From Podospora anserina (Eukaryota), in NCBI GenBank assembly GCA_017654855.1, contig CM030338.1, forward strand, positions 1,302,001 through 1,366,000: a stretch of 64,000 bases of DNA, given 5' to 3'. The notes beneath the pieces were generated by a model that was given only the letters and a program-made list of their open reading frames with translations, made no database searches and was not told the origin of the DNA. Shown piece after piece: positions 24,095 through 36,588 of this stretch. Position 1 is the stretch's first letter. Every line of letters begins with the position of its first letter. Position numbers and translations under genes: made by a program.

Positions 24095-25869
24095 GCCGGC
24101 GGCGGCGAGGGGGAGAGGTGCCGCGCTATGTAAGCCTCAAACAAAAAAATCGGCTGCAAGGCTGGGCTTCAGCCTCGTGGATTTGGAAGTTGTGACGGTC
24201 AGAGAGAAGTCAGGGTGAAGACGCGGTGAGGTGGATGATGGGGACGCGTTGAGATGTTGAAGAAGAGGAGGCGGTGTTGTGCGGTCTGGGGTCGCGATCC
24301 GTGGCGGGTTGGGTGGAGAGGTCAGGGTTCGCGGGCGGTGCGGGTGTTGTGTGCGGGTGCCCAGAGGAGAGGAGCTCGCCGAACGTACATGCAAGCAAGG
24401 CGGACGGGATTGTGACGGATCAAAATGATGCTCTTCTCGAGCTGTCCCTGGGAGATATCTCTTGATGTTTGAGCGAGGCGCGGCGCGGCGGTTGTTGCTG
24501 GCGCTGCAGGCAAGAGTTCGCAAGCCGTGGATTCGGGAAAAGGCTGGAGGGCGGTGGGTGGGTGGGAGAGTGGGAAGTTGGAGGATGGAGGAAAAAGTTC
24601 AACAAGGGGAGGAGGGTGCGCAGGTGATAGGTCCAGCGTGGTGCTGGTCTCCCGGACCCGCCAAGCAGGGACGGCATCCCATGGCTCCAGCTCCGACCCC
24701 CAAAAAGGGCTCCTCCTCGTCCACACCTCGACCCCCCAGGAACCCTATCCTCCCGACAACCCGCCCGACCATGCAAGCTTTGCCCACGTTCTTGTACTCG
24801 CCATGCTCGCCGCGACGAGGGCTCTCGAGTGAGCTCTGAAGCATCCGAATCCGACAGGGCATCAATTATTTATGTCCAGTAGACTGCTCGCCAAAATTTG
24901 TTTTCCAAGGGTAGGGGTCCGCTCTTCTTCCACGCCAGAGCCGAGCCAGCTCTCGAGGCCCCCCGGTAGACCACCACCCGCGTCAACCGTTGGGCTCCGC
25001 CAGTACCTCCCCCTCCAGTCCCCCGGCACTGCTATGGGATAACACACTGTGTTCTGCACCATTTTGCCTCCCCAGAAACAGAGGGAAAAGCATCAATGTT
25101 GTATTTCTTTCAATCCCGTGTTGATGTTGGGAGATGTTGCCCCTGAATCGGAATTTGGACGTTCAACATTGTATGTGCATGTGCTCGCTGTTTTTGGCAA
25201 GTACCAGTACCTCCGCTCTCGACACGTCCACTCAGCCATGTCAGCGCAATCAGCCCAGCATTAAACCTGCTGCATCGGCCCTCGTCGCATCTGAGAGAAT
25301 CGTTGATGCATTCAGCATATTGTTTCCCCCCAGAATATGCAGAGGTGGCGTATCTGGTCTGCACCGTGTAAATGCTTGTACCGGTACTTTGTGACATCTT
25401 CTGCGGCGTGTTGCTCGCGGCAATCGCCGTGTGTAAGTCAATCTACAGGCAGATCATTTCTATGACTTCTCCTTCTTCTCTGGTGAGTGGCATCGGAAAA
25501 GACTCCGGGGGACGGCTGCGCGGGTGCAGCGTGTGTCCAACTGATGCTTCCTGTTTGCCTCCTCCTCCACTGGCCGTACCCCATCTGCAGGTGATGAGAT
25601 TCTCGTGCCCTCTCTCACTCTCCTCTTCAATTCAGATTCAGTATCCACCAATGCCTGCCGCGTCCCACCACCACCACCCCGGCTTGTCCCCAGCCCGTTT
25701 CTCCACACTGAGCAAGGTGTCAGCCTCGCGTCGGCGAATCGTCGGCTGCCGATAAACTGATAAGCCGCTACAGATCCGCTTATTCATCACAGGGGTTTCA
25801 ACTTCATTTTGTTGTCGGATGTAAGGATGTGCTGAAATTGGAATTGCGCGTAAATGTATGTATCTCTAT

Positions 25870-27498
25870 CTATGAGGTGAAGTAAACCACCAAAAAGCCC
25901 ACCCAGCTGCCGACAACTCCTATAGCCGAGTACGAACTGGTGAACATGAGAGGGAGAAACTCGTAACTTCTGCCGAAAATGATCCCGTGCAGCAGCGAGC
26001 AGTACAGTATGAGCGGGATGCTCACTGTGATGTAGAGCGTGCTGAAGCGGTCAAACAAGAAGAACCTCGGCCGGGGCGATGCAGGCGCGAGACGGTCGAA
26101 TGCCATTAGGAACAGGATCAACCAGAAAATGGTATATGCGGTCTTGATCGGGAACTCGGCCGGTGTGAACAGGAGCGGGAACAGTGAAACATGTCCCGCA
26201 ACAGCCAGCGGCCGGAAGGCACCAAGATAGCGTCTGTCCCTGAGAGCAATGAGGCTGAATGGTATGATGACCAGGAGGATGGCTTTCTCGTGGACGTGCC
26301 ATCCGAACAGGAAGGAAGCATAACCGCACAGCGTGACAGCTCCAATAAAGGTATCCCATGTGGGCTGACCAAACAGCCTCACAAGAGGAATGACCTGGAA
26401 GATCAAAGTCGAGGCGAAGCACACCTGTGGCGTGATGTCGGGAAGGACGGCAAACGCAGTGTCTCCGACCAAGCCACGGGTGACGCTTTGGAGCGCGCTG
26501 CTCTTGACCGACAAACCAATTCTGGGCGCGAGGACGATCAAGACTCGGTCCACAAACGAATAGATGGCCCACACGTTTGGCGCCCAGTAAGCATGGCATA
26601 GACCCCGAGAAAAGGGGAACAGCCGGCTCAAGATCTGGGGGATCTGCCCCTTGAGAGCAAACGGACCAAACGCCACCCCAAAGATGGCCGCAATTCCTCC
26701 GCCCAGCTTCACGCAGTTGAGAAACTGAATCCGGAATATCGACTTTGGAGAAAGGCAGTAGGCCCTGAGCAGGAAGACAAAGTATGCCGGCGCGAGGTAG
26801 AGGTAGATGTGCTTCATGCACAGCAGCGCCGCAAACAACAGGCCGCTCCACAGTAAGGTCGACTTCTTCCTAGCCAAAATCAGGGACCAAATGAGGATGC
26901 CGTACATGCACCCGTTGTACTGGAAGTGAATGTGATCGATAATAAGGAGACCTGGTGACAACAGGATAGAAAAGGCAGCCGCCTGGGCCGCGCGCTTCGA
27001 TGTGCCATGGCTTGAGTCCACAAATCTAACCACAGTCAGCTTGCGCGCCTTGATAAACGCAACACGCAACAGGTATTTCTTACAATTGGAGAGCGTAGAC
27101 CAAAAGAAGTTCCGTGATAATCACAGTGAGCCTCTGAAAGTATACCGTCTCCCAGCTAGCGTATTCGAGATTGCGCACCCTCAGCATGGCCGGGTCAGCC
27201 AGCTTCGCGACCTGTGACATGATCCATTCAAAGTATGCAAAGAACGGAGGGTAGTCGAGCGTCCATTCGGACGTCTTTTCGTAGTACCACTCCCATAATG
27301 GCAGGCTGTTGGTGATGGCGAGCCAGTTTCGGTGGACTTCGAAATCGGTCGATTTGCTAAAGAAACATCACGTCAGCTACCGATGCGCGTTGAGGGGCTA
27401 ACGTTGTGACAGGAAGCTCACTATGCTGGGAACAACAAGATTTTGAATGCGGCAGCCACTACGGCGCATTGCGCAAGAGTAGGATAGATCTCTCCCAT
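25870..27498 (-). CDS. ALG8: Dolichyl-P-Glc:Glc1Man9GlcNAc2-PP-Dol alpha-1,3-glucosyltransferase
   Basis: [76 protein letters not shown]; introns 27421-27357 and 27083-27026. Confidence 0.95.
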
Positions 27499-28275
27499 GG
27501 CGACATATCGGAGCGACTCTCTCTCTCTGTCTCTCTCTCTCTCTTTCTCTCTCAATTCCAGGGCGTCAATCGCAATTGTGGACTTGGCCAAAAATGTTGA
27601 CAAGGTGACGGCAACAGCTCTGGTGGGGCCGGCAACCGTTTATGCACCAGCCACATCTCTCCTGCATTCAAATGGTTGAAGAGTGCGGCGCCACCGTTTG
27701 AAGTGATGGAAACAAGCCACGAATTCCCCGCAGGAACAAACTGCGGAGTTTAGCAAGGACCCCTGTTTCCGGTCTTGAACTTTTGGAGCATCAGGTTCCG
27801 GCTGCTGCAGGGGAACAGCTGGTCTTTTCGATTCGGGGCAGCCTCAGTGTCAGAACCTCCAACACCGGAGACAGATTTCTATTCTTGATATTTCTAGAGT
27901 CGTTCCAACAATTTCTACAGATATAGACTAGACCTCGGACTTCTCTCCTATCTAGTCAACTCTTCTGTCTAAATATTTTCTGTTTACATCCATTACTGTT
28001 TCCCCGCGCTATAATTACCACGTTCTGTTTAAGCTTCCCACCGATCCGACCCTGGCCGTCCTTTGTATATTTCTCCACACTGACCGACCCGACCACCCGC
28101 CTGTCCGCTGTAGAGCCAAAGTGTCCTTTTAACTGGTGACCACTGTTGAAATCAGCCGGCACCTTTCTCGTTGGTGGTACTTACTTTACTTGAACATACT
28201 ACGTGAGACCTTCAATCCTCTTGTCGTCGACCTCATCTTGCGACCGAGCAGATAAGCCAGCCATATCGATCCAGG

Positions 28276-29711
28276 ATGCGCTCGCCATCGAGCTTCGCCG
28301 TGCTCGCTGCGGCTTTGGCCCAGGCGCATGCGCAGTATCTTGTCAATGACCTCAGTTTTGGTTATGGCCCCAGGTGTGTTCTTTTGTGGGCGAGTTGGAT
28401 TCTTGTGTTGTGCAGGTTCTGACGTGGTCGTGTTTCTCCGTCTTCAGAATAGCTCCCGAGGGGCAGCCCCAGATCCCAAACTATGGAATGCAAGGCCGAC
28501 CTGGTCTTCCGGAATTGCTCTCCAACAAAATCATCCTTACGCCAGTAGCCCCCGGTAACCAACGCGGTGCTGTCTGGTCTTCAAATCAGCTCAACCAGCA
28601 GAACTGGATCGCCGATGTCGAGTTTCGTGCGAACGGTCCGGAGCGGGGTGGTGGTAACCTCAACATCTGGCTGGCAAGGGACGGTGCCCATGTGATCGGG
28701 ACCGAGAGCATCTACACAGTCGGCAGGTTCGATGGTCTGGCTCTGGTGATCGACCAGCACAGCGGGTCTGGCGGTATGCTTCGCGGCTTCCTCAACGACG
28801 GCACCACCGATTATAGGTCCCAGCACAACGTAGACAGCCTGGCTTTTGGTCAGTGCAGCTTTGGTTACCGGAACCTCGGCCGTCCCACCCAGATCAAGAT
28901 TCGGCAAACCGACCAGAAATTCAGCATCGAAGTTGCCGGGCGCCCATGCCTCGAGAGCGACAAGATCCGCCTTCCTCCCGGATACAACGTCGGTATCACT
29001 GCCGCCTCCGCCGATACGCCTGATTCCTTCGAAGTGTTCAAGCTTGTTGTTTTGACCGACGACAGCCATCATTATGGCGGTTCTGACAACACCCAGCACC
29101 ACGACAGCTATGCATCCCATCAGGAGAACACCCACCAGCAAGACCAACATTACCAACAGCAACAACAGCAGGAGGAGCCCAAGAGGAAGATGAACTTTGG
29201 CCGCGGAGGTCAGGCCAAGATCGAGGATCCCTATGACAACGTAATTCCCGACCAAGATGCGTCCACCATTTCCACTCAGCAAGCCCAGTTTGCCGATCTG
29301 CACAACCGTGTCCAGAGCATCAACCACCATTTGTCCTCCATCTTCCGCACTCTTGGCCAGAACCACGGTGTCGGGGAGCAGCGCCATGCCGAGCTCTCAT
29401 CCATGATCAACGATGTCAAGAACTTCCTCCACCGCCTGGACAAGCTTGACGTTCTGGAGCATCGTATGGGAGATGTCGAGCGCGAATTGAGATCTCTTCG
29501 GAGCGAGCTCAGCGGAAAGTTGAGGGAGAGCGAGAACGCCATCAAGTACCACGTCAGTGACAAGCATGAGGCGCTGCATGAGCATGTCAAGGAGCACGCC
29601 GGGACTGGACACACCAAGCTGATTTTGGTGATTATTCTGAGCCAGGCGGTGTTGGCCGGTGCGTTTTACATGTATAAGAAGAGGAAGAGCTCGCCAAAGA
29701 AGTACCTTTAG
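28276..29711 (+). CDS. EMP47: L-type lectin ER-Golgi cargo receptor (Emp46/47, ERGIC-53-like)
   Basis: Signal peptide MRSPSSFAVLAAALAQAHAQ; intron 28374-28447; lectin motifs RGAVWS, FDGLALVID, GITAASAD; coiled coil, C-terminal TM, KKYL dilysine signal. Confidence 0.85.
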
Positions 29712-30315
29712 ACCCTAAATTGATGAATGGGAGAATGGCGAAAGAATCTGGGCGGGGGGATGTATAAAACGGTTGCTTAAAGAAGAGAGGATACCTGGAA
29801 GAAAGGGATGGGATAACAGGGATATGATGGATGTGCCTTTTTTTTGTTCTTTAGCTTGGCGTTAGATTGGGAAATGTTTGAGTTCATGATCTTTTTGGGT
29901 GTTACAAATCGAGAAGGTTTGAATCATACTACTACGATGGATGGCGTGTAGTGGTGCAATGAGGAGGGTTGTATTCGACAATCTTGGAAATGCCGTGAAT
30001 GGTCAGAGAACCAAGTTTTGGATTGACGGGGTGGGGTCCGAGCTCGATGGGGCAACTTCATGGCGGCATGTTGTTTACTTGCCTCTTGCATACAATCTTC
30101 GTCAGTCTTGTTCTTTCATTTGTACGGCTCGTGATCTCGCTGTCCGTGAGTATTGTATATACTCCCTAGTTGAGAGGATAATTGGACGACTGGCTCTCTT
30201 ATCTCCGGTATCCCCGCAGTATCTAACCATACGCTTACACCTCTGAAACTCGAGCTCACGCCCAGCGCTTGCTCACCATCATACCTCGAACCAGCTGATC
30301 AAGCTGAGGGGGTAG

Positions 30316-31907
30316 ATGATGAACACTCTAAGATTGACCCTTCTGGGTCTGCTGTTAGGGACACAGGGAGTGGAGGGGTGGGATCATGTCAACCCTGCCG
30401 AGTTAAACAGGGTCATATCCGAGACTGAAACACCTGTGCTGGTTGCTTGTAAGTCACGCATGCCGCTTCACATTGTCTTGCTTGCGCCTCAGCTAACACA
30501 GTACTTTCTAACTAACTAGTTGTAAAGGTACTACCAGCCTTCCTTTTTTTCATCCCACCAGTCTCAACTGACCAATGCATTCTCTGCCCATAACAACAGC
30601 CAGAGGAGTTCGTCCCCCCACTCCTCACCATAGATATCTGAGTATCTAACCACCCCTATAGACCTTCGAGCGCCTCCCTCGAAGAAGAATGGACAACCGC
30701 CACCGCCGTCGCCGATAAACACTCTCGAACCCTACTCAGCATCGACTGCTCAGAACACCCAACCCACTGCGAAATCCAACCCTCCATGACCTTCCCCTCC
30801 ATCTTCCTACTCCAAGCAAACAAACCCCCAGTTAAATACCTCGGTCCCTTGCTATCCAAATCCTTGAATAACTTTCTGTCTCGGTCCACCCGTCTCCAGC
30901 CAACGCCCCTCGCGCAAGTAGACGACCTTGCCAAGTTCAAAACCTCGGATGAGACAGTCTTTATTCTCTTTCTTCCCCGGCCGCAGGAGTTTGTTACCAG
31001 TGTATACGAAGACCTCGCCCAAAAGTACAAGAACGAATTCACCTTTGGAACTGTGGTGGGGGTTGATGAACTTCTCGAGAAGGAAAGGGTAGATTTGGAG
31101 TTGAAAGGTGTGCTGGTGGTGTATAAACCCCTCGACGGCGAGACAGAAAAGCTTGACCTTACAACAGTCAACTCTGGTGTTGATGAGGTTGAAAAATTGT
31201 ACCCCCCACCCCCCACCTTTCCATTTTACATGTCCACCCACTCCCATAATATACTAACGCTCCCATAGCATCAAAGAATCCTCCCGCCTCACAATAACAG
31301 ATCTCTCCCCCTGGAACTACCCCCGCCTTCTCGAGGTGACCTTTCCCCTCCTCCCTTCAACCCCCCCGTTCTACCCCCATCTCTTACTAACCTTGTATAG
31401 CTCCAAAAACCACTGGTCTACCTCTTCGCCCCGACGCCCTCCGCCCGCGACAACCTCCGCAGCCAGTACCTCCGTTTTGCAAAGGATTACCACCAGCAAT
31501 TCGTCTCCATTCTTGTTGATCCTCACCTATTTCCTGATCTCATGCCCCAGTTGGGGTTGCTTGACACGACAAGGTTCCCGGCGGGGGCTGTGCGTCTCGT
31601 GGCTGAAGATAAAACATATCCTTACCCTCAAACGGAAGAGATGACGTTGGGGAGGGTGCAGGGGTGGGGGATGAGGATTTGGCAGGGGGGGGTTGAGGCT
31701 TGGGTTCCCGGTGGTGGTGAGAAGAAAGGGGGGGGTAGTGGGAAGAAGGAAGGAGGGGGGGATAGTGGGATTAGGATTCAAGGAAAGGTAGGGACGAAGA
31801 GGAAGGTTACTGTTGGTGGTGGGGGATGGGGGAAGGGGAAGGGGAAGATTCCGACGATACCAGGGGTGAGGATTAATATTCCTGGGGTGAGGAGGGATGA
31901 GCTTTAG
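30316..31907 (+). CDS. ER protein-disulfide-isomerase-like (thioredoxin-fold) protein lacking CxxC; 6 exons including two 8-nt microexons; ends RDEL
   Basis: Signal peptide; spliced VAFVKPEEPSSASLEEEW; SIDCSEHPTHC, TFPSIFL; b/b'-like regions; RRDEL*; microexons 30520-30527 and 30600-30607 keep the frame into ORF 30786. Confidence 0.8.
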
Positions 31908-32031
31908 GTGAAGAAAAGAAGGGGGGAGAGGTGAGAAAGGTGAAAGAAAAAGAGAGGGGGGGAAGGGGAGAAGGCAAGAAAAAAAACGTAAAATGGAAAG
32001 GGTACTCCTGAAATCAGGAGTTGTTATCTTT

Positions 32032-32104
32032 TGACCGACCCAGGGATCGAACCTGGCACCTTTTGTGTGTGAGACAAACGTGATAACCACTACACCAGCC
32101 GGCC
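32032..32104 (-). tRNA. tRNA-Val(CAC), intronless
   Basis: GGCCGGC TGGTGTAGTGGTTATCAC G TTTGT CT-CAC-AC ACAAA AGGTG CCAGG TTCGATC CCTGG GTCGGTC A; 73-nt cloverleaf with A and B boxes. Confidence 0.95.
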
Positions 32105-32751
32105 TTTGGATGAGGGTTAGGGTCGGTGGCTGGATTATTATTTGGACTGGAATGGAGGGGTGGTAGGTTGCAGGACAAAGACCCAGAACCAACCGGAATG
32201 TAGTGTCAGGAGGTCCAGCCTTGAGATAGATCTCCCATGATATGCTTTGTATAACACTTCGATTAATGACTAAAAAACCAATATCTTGAACGCATCTCAC
32301 CGGCCCGGATACCATCGGCGCTCGGCTCCGGTACCTCTCCCGATCCGATGTCAGGACCCCCGCAGCCTGTACTACTTCTCCAACTTGCCTATCAGGGAAT
32401 GACACAGAAACGGCCTAGATAAGGGACGCCTCGCATCACATAAGCTTTGCTCTTATCTAATTGTTTGAAGAACTTGATATCCACCCCACACACGCTCATT
32501 CTCACTTTCGTAACTCCAAGAGTGAAGACCTCAGTAGCAGGCAGTTTTAGAGACAGGACTTTGTAAAGTGCCACAGGTTCCCGACCGGCCGGATGAGTCT
32601 CTGCACTGAGGTCCATCAGCGGTGGAATATTGTGGGTTTCTATCCGATTTGAGGGCCATATCATACGTATTTCAGTTCCCCGTTCCTATTTTTTCATGAA
32701 TACTTTACTCACACACTCTTAGCCGCCGTTTCCAAAGTAGTCTCTGTCAAT

Positions 32752-34339
32752 ATGACACCTCTCCTCGTCCTCCTCGCCCTCGCCCTCTTGCTCATCTACC
32801 TCTTATCTCCCCTCATTTCCAGAGACCCCCTACCAGGCCCCCTCTACGCCCGCCTAACCTCCCTCATTCTCAAATACCACGAGTTCACCGCCGCACGAAC
32901 CACCTACATCCACTCCCTCCACCTCCGCTACGGCCCCGTAGTCCGCATCGCCCCCAACGAGGTCGCTTTTGCTTCGGCTGCTGCCGCAAAAGAAATCTAC
33001 TGCAGCAATGGGAGCGGCTACGACAAGACCGAGTGGTATGATTTGTTCAAGGTGTATGACCGGCGAACAATGTTCACTACCTTGGGGAAGAGTGAGCATG
33101 CAAAGAGGAAGAGATTGCTGGCGGATCGGTATGCGAATAGTAATATTATGAAGGGGGGGGTTATGGAGGGGATCAAGCAGCGGGCGAGGACGTTTGGGGA
33201 GTTGTGTGGACAGGGGGGAAAGGAGGGGGTGGATTTATACGCGAGTTCCCTTTTTTGAGTGAAAGGATATGCTGCTAACTGACTCTGTAGGTCCGTGAGT
33301 GCTGCCAGATCAACATATATAACTGCTATCAAGACGTGAAAAACTGACACACAGAAAAGTCCTCCACGCCTACGCCTTCGACTGCGTAACCCTCCACCTC
33401 TTCCACCCACACTCAACCAACTCCCTCACCGACCCCAAAGACTCGGAAATCATGCTCGAAGTCACATTTGACAGCTCCCTCCAAAACCGGCTCCTGAGCC
33501 ATTACTCCCCCCTCCTCCACCGCCTCCTCAACACCTTTATGGTCAGCATCCTCTCTCTCAAACCCCGTGAAACCCCCCTAGCCGACTCCTTCGTCCTCAA
33601 CACCGCCGCCCAACCCCACGCCTCCCCTTTCACCCTCCTCCACCGCCTCCACTCCCAGTCCCCCCTCGGACAGATCGACATCGCGGCCGAATCCCTAGAC
33701 CACATGGCGGCAGGAATCGACACCACAGGCGACGCGCTCTGTTTTCTAATCTGGGAACTATCCCAACCTTCTTCTCTCATCTATCAACAGACCCTCCAAG
33801 CGGAACTCCGCTCCGCCTCCCCTGACACCCCGTTTGACCAACTCCCCTACCTCGACGCGGCGGTGATGGAAGGACTGAGGATGTTTCCCGCCATTCCCAT
33901 GAGTCTGCCAAGATATGCACCACCAGGCAGAACCACCATTATTGACAGTTACAAAATACCCCCCGGCACGATCGTCAGCTGTCAACCCCTCAGCGTCCAA
34001 CGATTAGGTCCAGAAAAGGGCGGGACTTTCCCCGAACCGGACCGCTTCTGGCCGGAACGGTGGCTAAAATCCGAGGGGGAGACACAAGCGGAGTTTGAGG
34101 AGAGGGATAGGGGGATGAAGAGGGGGTTCATGGCTTTTGGGATGGGGGGAAGGGGGTGTATTGGGAAGCATCTTGCGCTGGCGGAGATGAAGTGTTTGTT
34201 GAGGGAGGTGTACACCAGGTTTAGGACGTTGCCGGATGAGAGGATGAGAGCGGGGGAGATGGAGCAGGCGGATTTGTTGGTTAGTAGTCGCCCGGCTGGG
34301 CAGAGGTGTTTGGTTAGGTTTGAGAGGCTGGAAGCGTGA
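32752..34339 (+). CDS. Cytochrome P450 monooxygenase; exons 32752-33240, 33291-33294, 33360-34339
   Basis: N-terminal anchor, YGPVVRIAPNEV, AAGIDTTG (I-helix), EGLR (ExxR), PERW, FGMGGRGCIG heme motif. Confidence 0.93.
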
Positions 34340-34410
34340 GATTGGGAAACAAGCATGAATCGAAATGTCCCATCTCTAAAACTTGAAGAGCGAGAGTCAA
34401 ATGCAAAAAT

Positions 34411-34561
34411 GTATATATATATATATATATATATACAACTGTTGAAAAAAAAAAAATGAAAAAAAAAAACCACTAATAAAGCTCCAAGCTGAAATCCATC
34501 ATCAAACAACAATTACACAAAACCAACTGGCCTGCTTCACCTTTTTTTTTTTTTTTTTTTT
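34411..34561. repeat. (TA)n, poly-A and poly-T tracts in the short convergent P450/PEX11 intergenic region
   Basis: tatatata run 34411-34434, A-runs near 34445-34469, T-run near 34542-34561. Confidence 0.85.
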
Positions 34562-34613
34562 GCTTCCAATCCCATCACAAACGCTTGCTTACATACCCAT
34601 CACAACCCCCCCC

Positions 34614-35489
34614 CTATTTCGTCACCGTCTCCCACAAATCCCCCATCTGAATCACCCCCGGCACACTAGCCAACAACCCCACCACCCCCTCCGTCACCCC
34701 CGGCAACCCCCCATCCACACTCCAATGCACCGTCAACGGCGCCCAAGCCAAACTCTTGGCCAGCTTCCTCTTCCACTCCCTCGCCTCCTTCTTCTCTTCC
34801 TCTCCATCCTTCTTCTGAACCTTCCTGCCCACCCGCTCAGCAAGCAATTTCCCAATCTCGATCCCGACAAACGCCCCCCAAAACCTAGCCGACCATTTGT
34901 ACGCCCTCCCCTGCTGCTCCGGACTCCACCCCATCACCCCCCTGAAACTCAAGTACGCCCCGTTCTCCAGCCCCTGAAGCAAAACACAGAGGACAAGCCG
35001 GATATAATCCAGCGTTTTGGCGGTGATGGATGTCGTGGGGGAGGAGACGATGGAGCGGCCCCAGGAGTAGATCCCCAATAGCGCCCAGAGGCGGAGGATA
35101 ACCCTTGACTCGGACATCAACGCCGAGAGGTTGTTGAGACGTTTGGCGAGGAGGGTGGCGAGGGTTTTGCGGGCGATGGGTTGGGAGGTTTTGGAGAGGA
35201 GGGTGGTTATGTGACCAGAGGTGAGGACTGAGGCGGCGAGTTTGGAGGTGTAGCATAGCAACAGCATCACTGTGTCGATCCCTGAGGGGGTGGACATGCA
35301 TTTCTCGAGGCGGGAGAGGAACAAGTTTGTGGAGGAGGGGAGGTTGGCGAGGAGGGTGGTTAGGGGGAGGGTGTTGGGGGGGGTGGTCAACGGTTTGGAG
35401 GGGGAGGGGATTGGGTCGCCTGAGGGGAGGTCGGCGATGGGTTGTTGTTGGGAGGGGATTTCGGCCGGGGCGGTGTCGGTGGTGGACAT
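34614..35489 (-). CDS. PEX11: Peroxisomal membrane protein, Pex11 family (Pex11C-like)
   Basis: TPSGIDTVMLLLCYT, SESRVILRLWALL, LENGAYL, WSARFW, LAWAPLTVHWS. Confidence 0.8.
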   Translation of the reverse strand: MSTTDTAPAEIPSQQQPIADLPSGDPIPSPSKPLTTPPNTLPLTTLLANLPSSTNLFLSRLEKCMSTPSGIDTVMLLLCYTSKLAASVLTSGHITTLLSKTSQPIARKTLATLLAKRLNNLSALMSESRVILRLWALLGIYSWGRSIVSSPTTSITAKTLDYIRLVLCVLLQGLENGAYLSFRGVMGWSPEQQGRAYKWSARFWGAFVGIEIGKLLAERVGRKVQKKDGEEEKKEAREWKRKLAKSLAWAPLTVHWSVDGGLPGVTEGVVGLLASVPGVIQMGDLWETVTK

Positions 35490-35991
35490 GATTGCGGTGG
35501 TTTTTGGTGGTGGTGGTGGTGGTGGTGATGATGAAAATGTGGTGTGTTGTTGAGGTGAAAGTGAAAAGGAGAGGTGAGATGTAAATGCGACAAGGCTGAT
35601 AGAGCTCGCTCTCGGTAAAATAGCTTTCGTGCGGGGAAGAAAGCTCCAAAAATCTCCAGGAACAAATCAAGCCGTGCTCTCTCTCCAACAAATTGAAAGA
35701 TGATGAAAGAAATAGAAGGAAAGAAAAAAAAGAGAAAAAAGAGAAAAAAGCTGGCTATCGAATTCCGAACCGGGGGACCCGTCCGCATAAAAACATTCCT
35801 CCTCAACTCGTCGTTCCAGGCGCCTAAACCACCAACTTATTACCTACCCCAAAATCCCCACACGTCACCCGCGCCCCTCTGACAATGTGACCCGAACTCA
35901 CAATCCGGGGTCCGCTGCCCAGCCGAACTTCGCTGGCTCGCCAGAAAGAGCACAAAACAACGCGCCAAGCAGCTCGGCCGCCGTTCAACAA

Positions 35992-35997
35992 CCTCGG
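35992..35997. promoter_or_regulatory. Putative FarA/FarB site CCTCGG upstream of PEX11
   Basis: Exact hexamer about 500 bp upstream of the ATG; a short motif that could be chance. Confidence 0.35.
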
Positions 35998-36588
35998 CTC
36001 GCCGCGGCAGACCATCCCGCCTTGCCCGCGCCCCCCTTTCTTCCGCTCACACCATCGACGGAACATTCTCTCATTGGTGGTTGGCCCCAAAACACCTCCA
36101 CCGAGATGAAATGCATCAAGATCTTATCAATCTAATCATTGATCATCTTCCCTGTCCATCTCTTAAAAACGGCCAGGGTGTCTGGTCTTGGGCCGTCTTG
36201 GAACAAGACTGACTCGAGCAGACGGCACGTGGGATTCATCCCGGGAACCCGGACCGCTGGATGGATGGATGGATGGATCGTCGATCATAGGTACAAGAAG
36301 CACCTGGTTGAGCCATTATAATACTTCGAGAAGTCCTCAGCAACGTTTCACGGGTGTCAATATTTGATGATACATACAGCAGAAAGAAATTCGTTTGCCC
36401 CTAGTCTATTTCCCGCCAAAAATGAAAAGCCAGTCTAGCCCATGTTCTATTAGGTTAGGTGCCCACCCCCGAGACTCCGTCATTAACAAGAAAAACTACA
36501 CAAAGGGAATGATGAAAGCCCGCTCATCCATGATCGCCACGCGGTGGACCTCGAAACGAGAGAAGAAGAGATTGGCTCGAAAACCAGT

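Noticed and set aside
32752-34339. Secondary-metabolite cluster around the P450
   Set aside because: Neighbours are housekeeping genes; no PKS, NRPS, terpene synthase or cluster regulator in the window.
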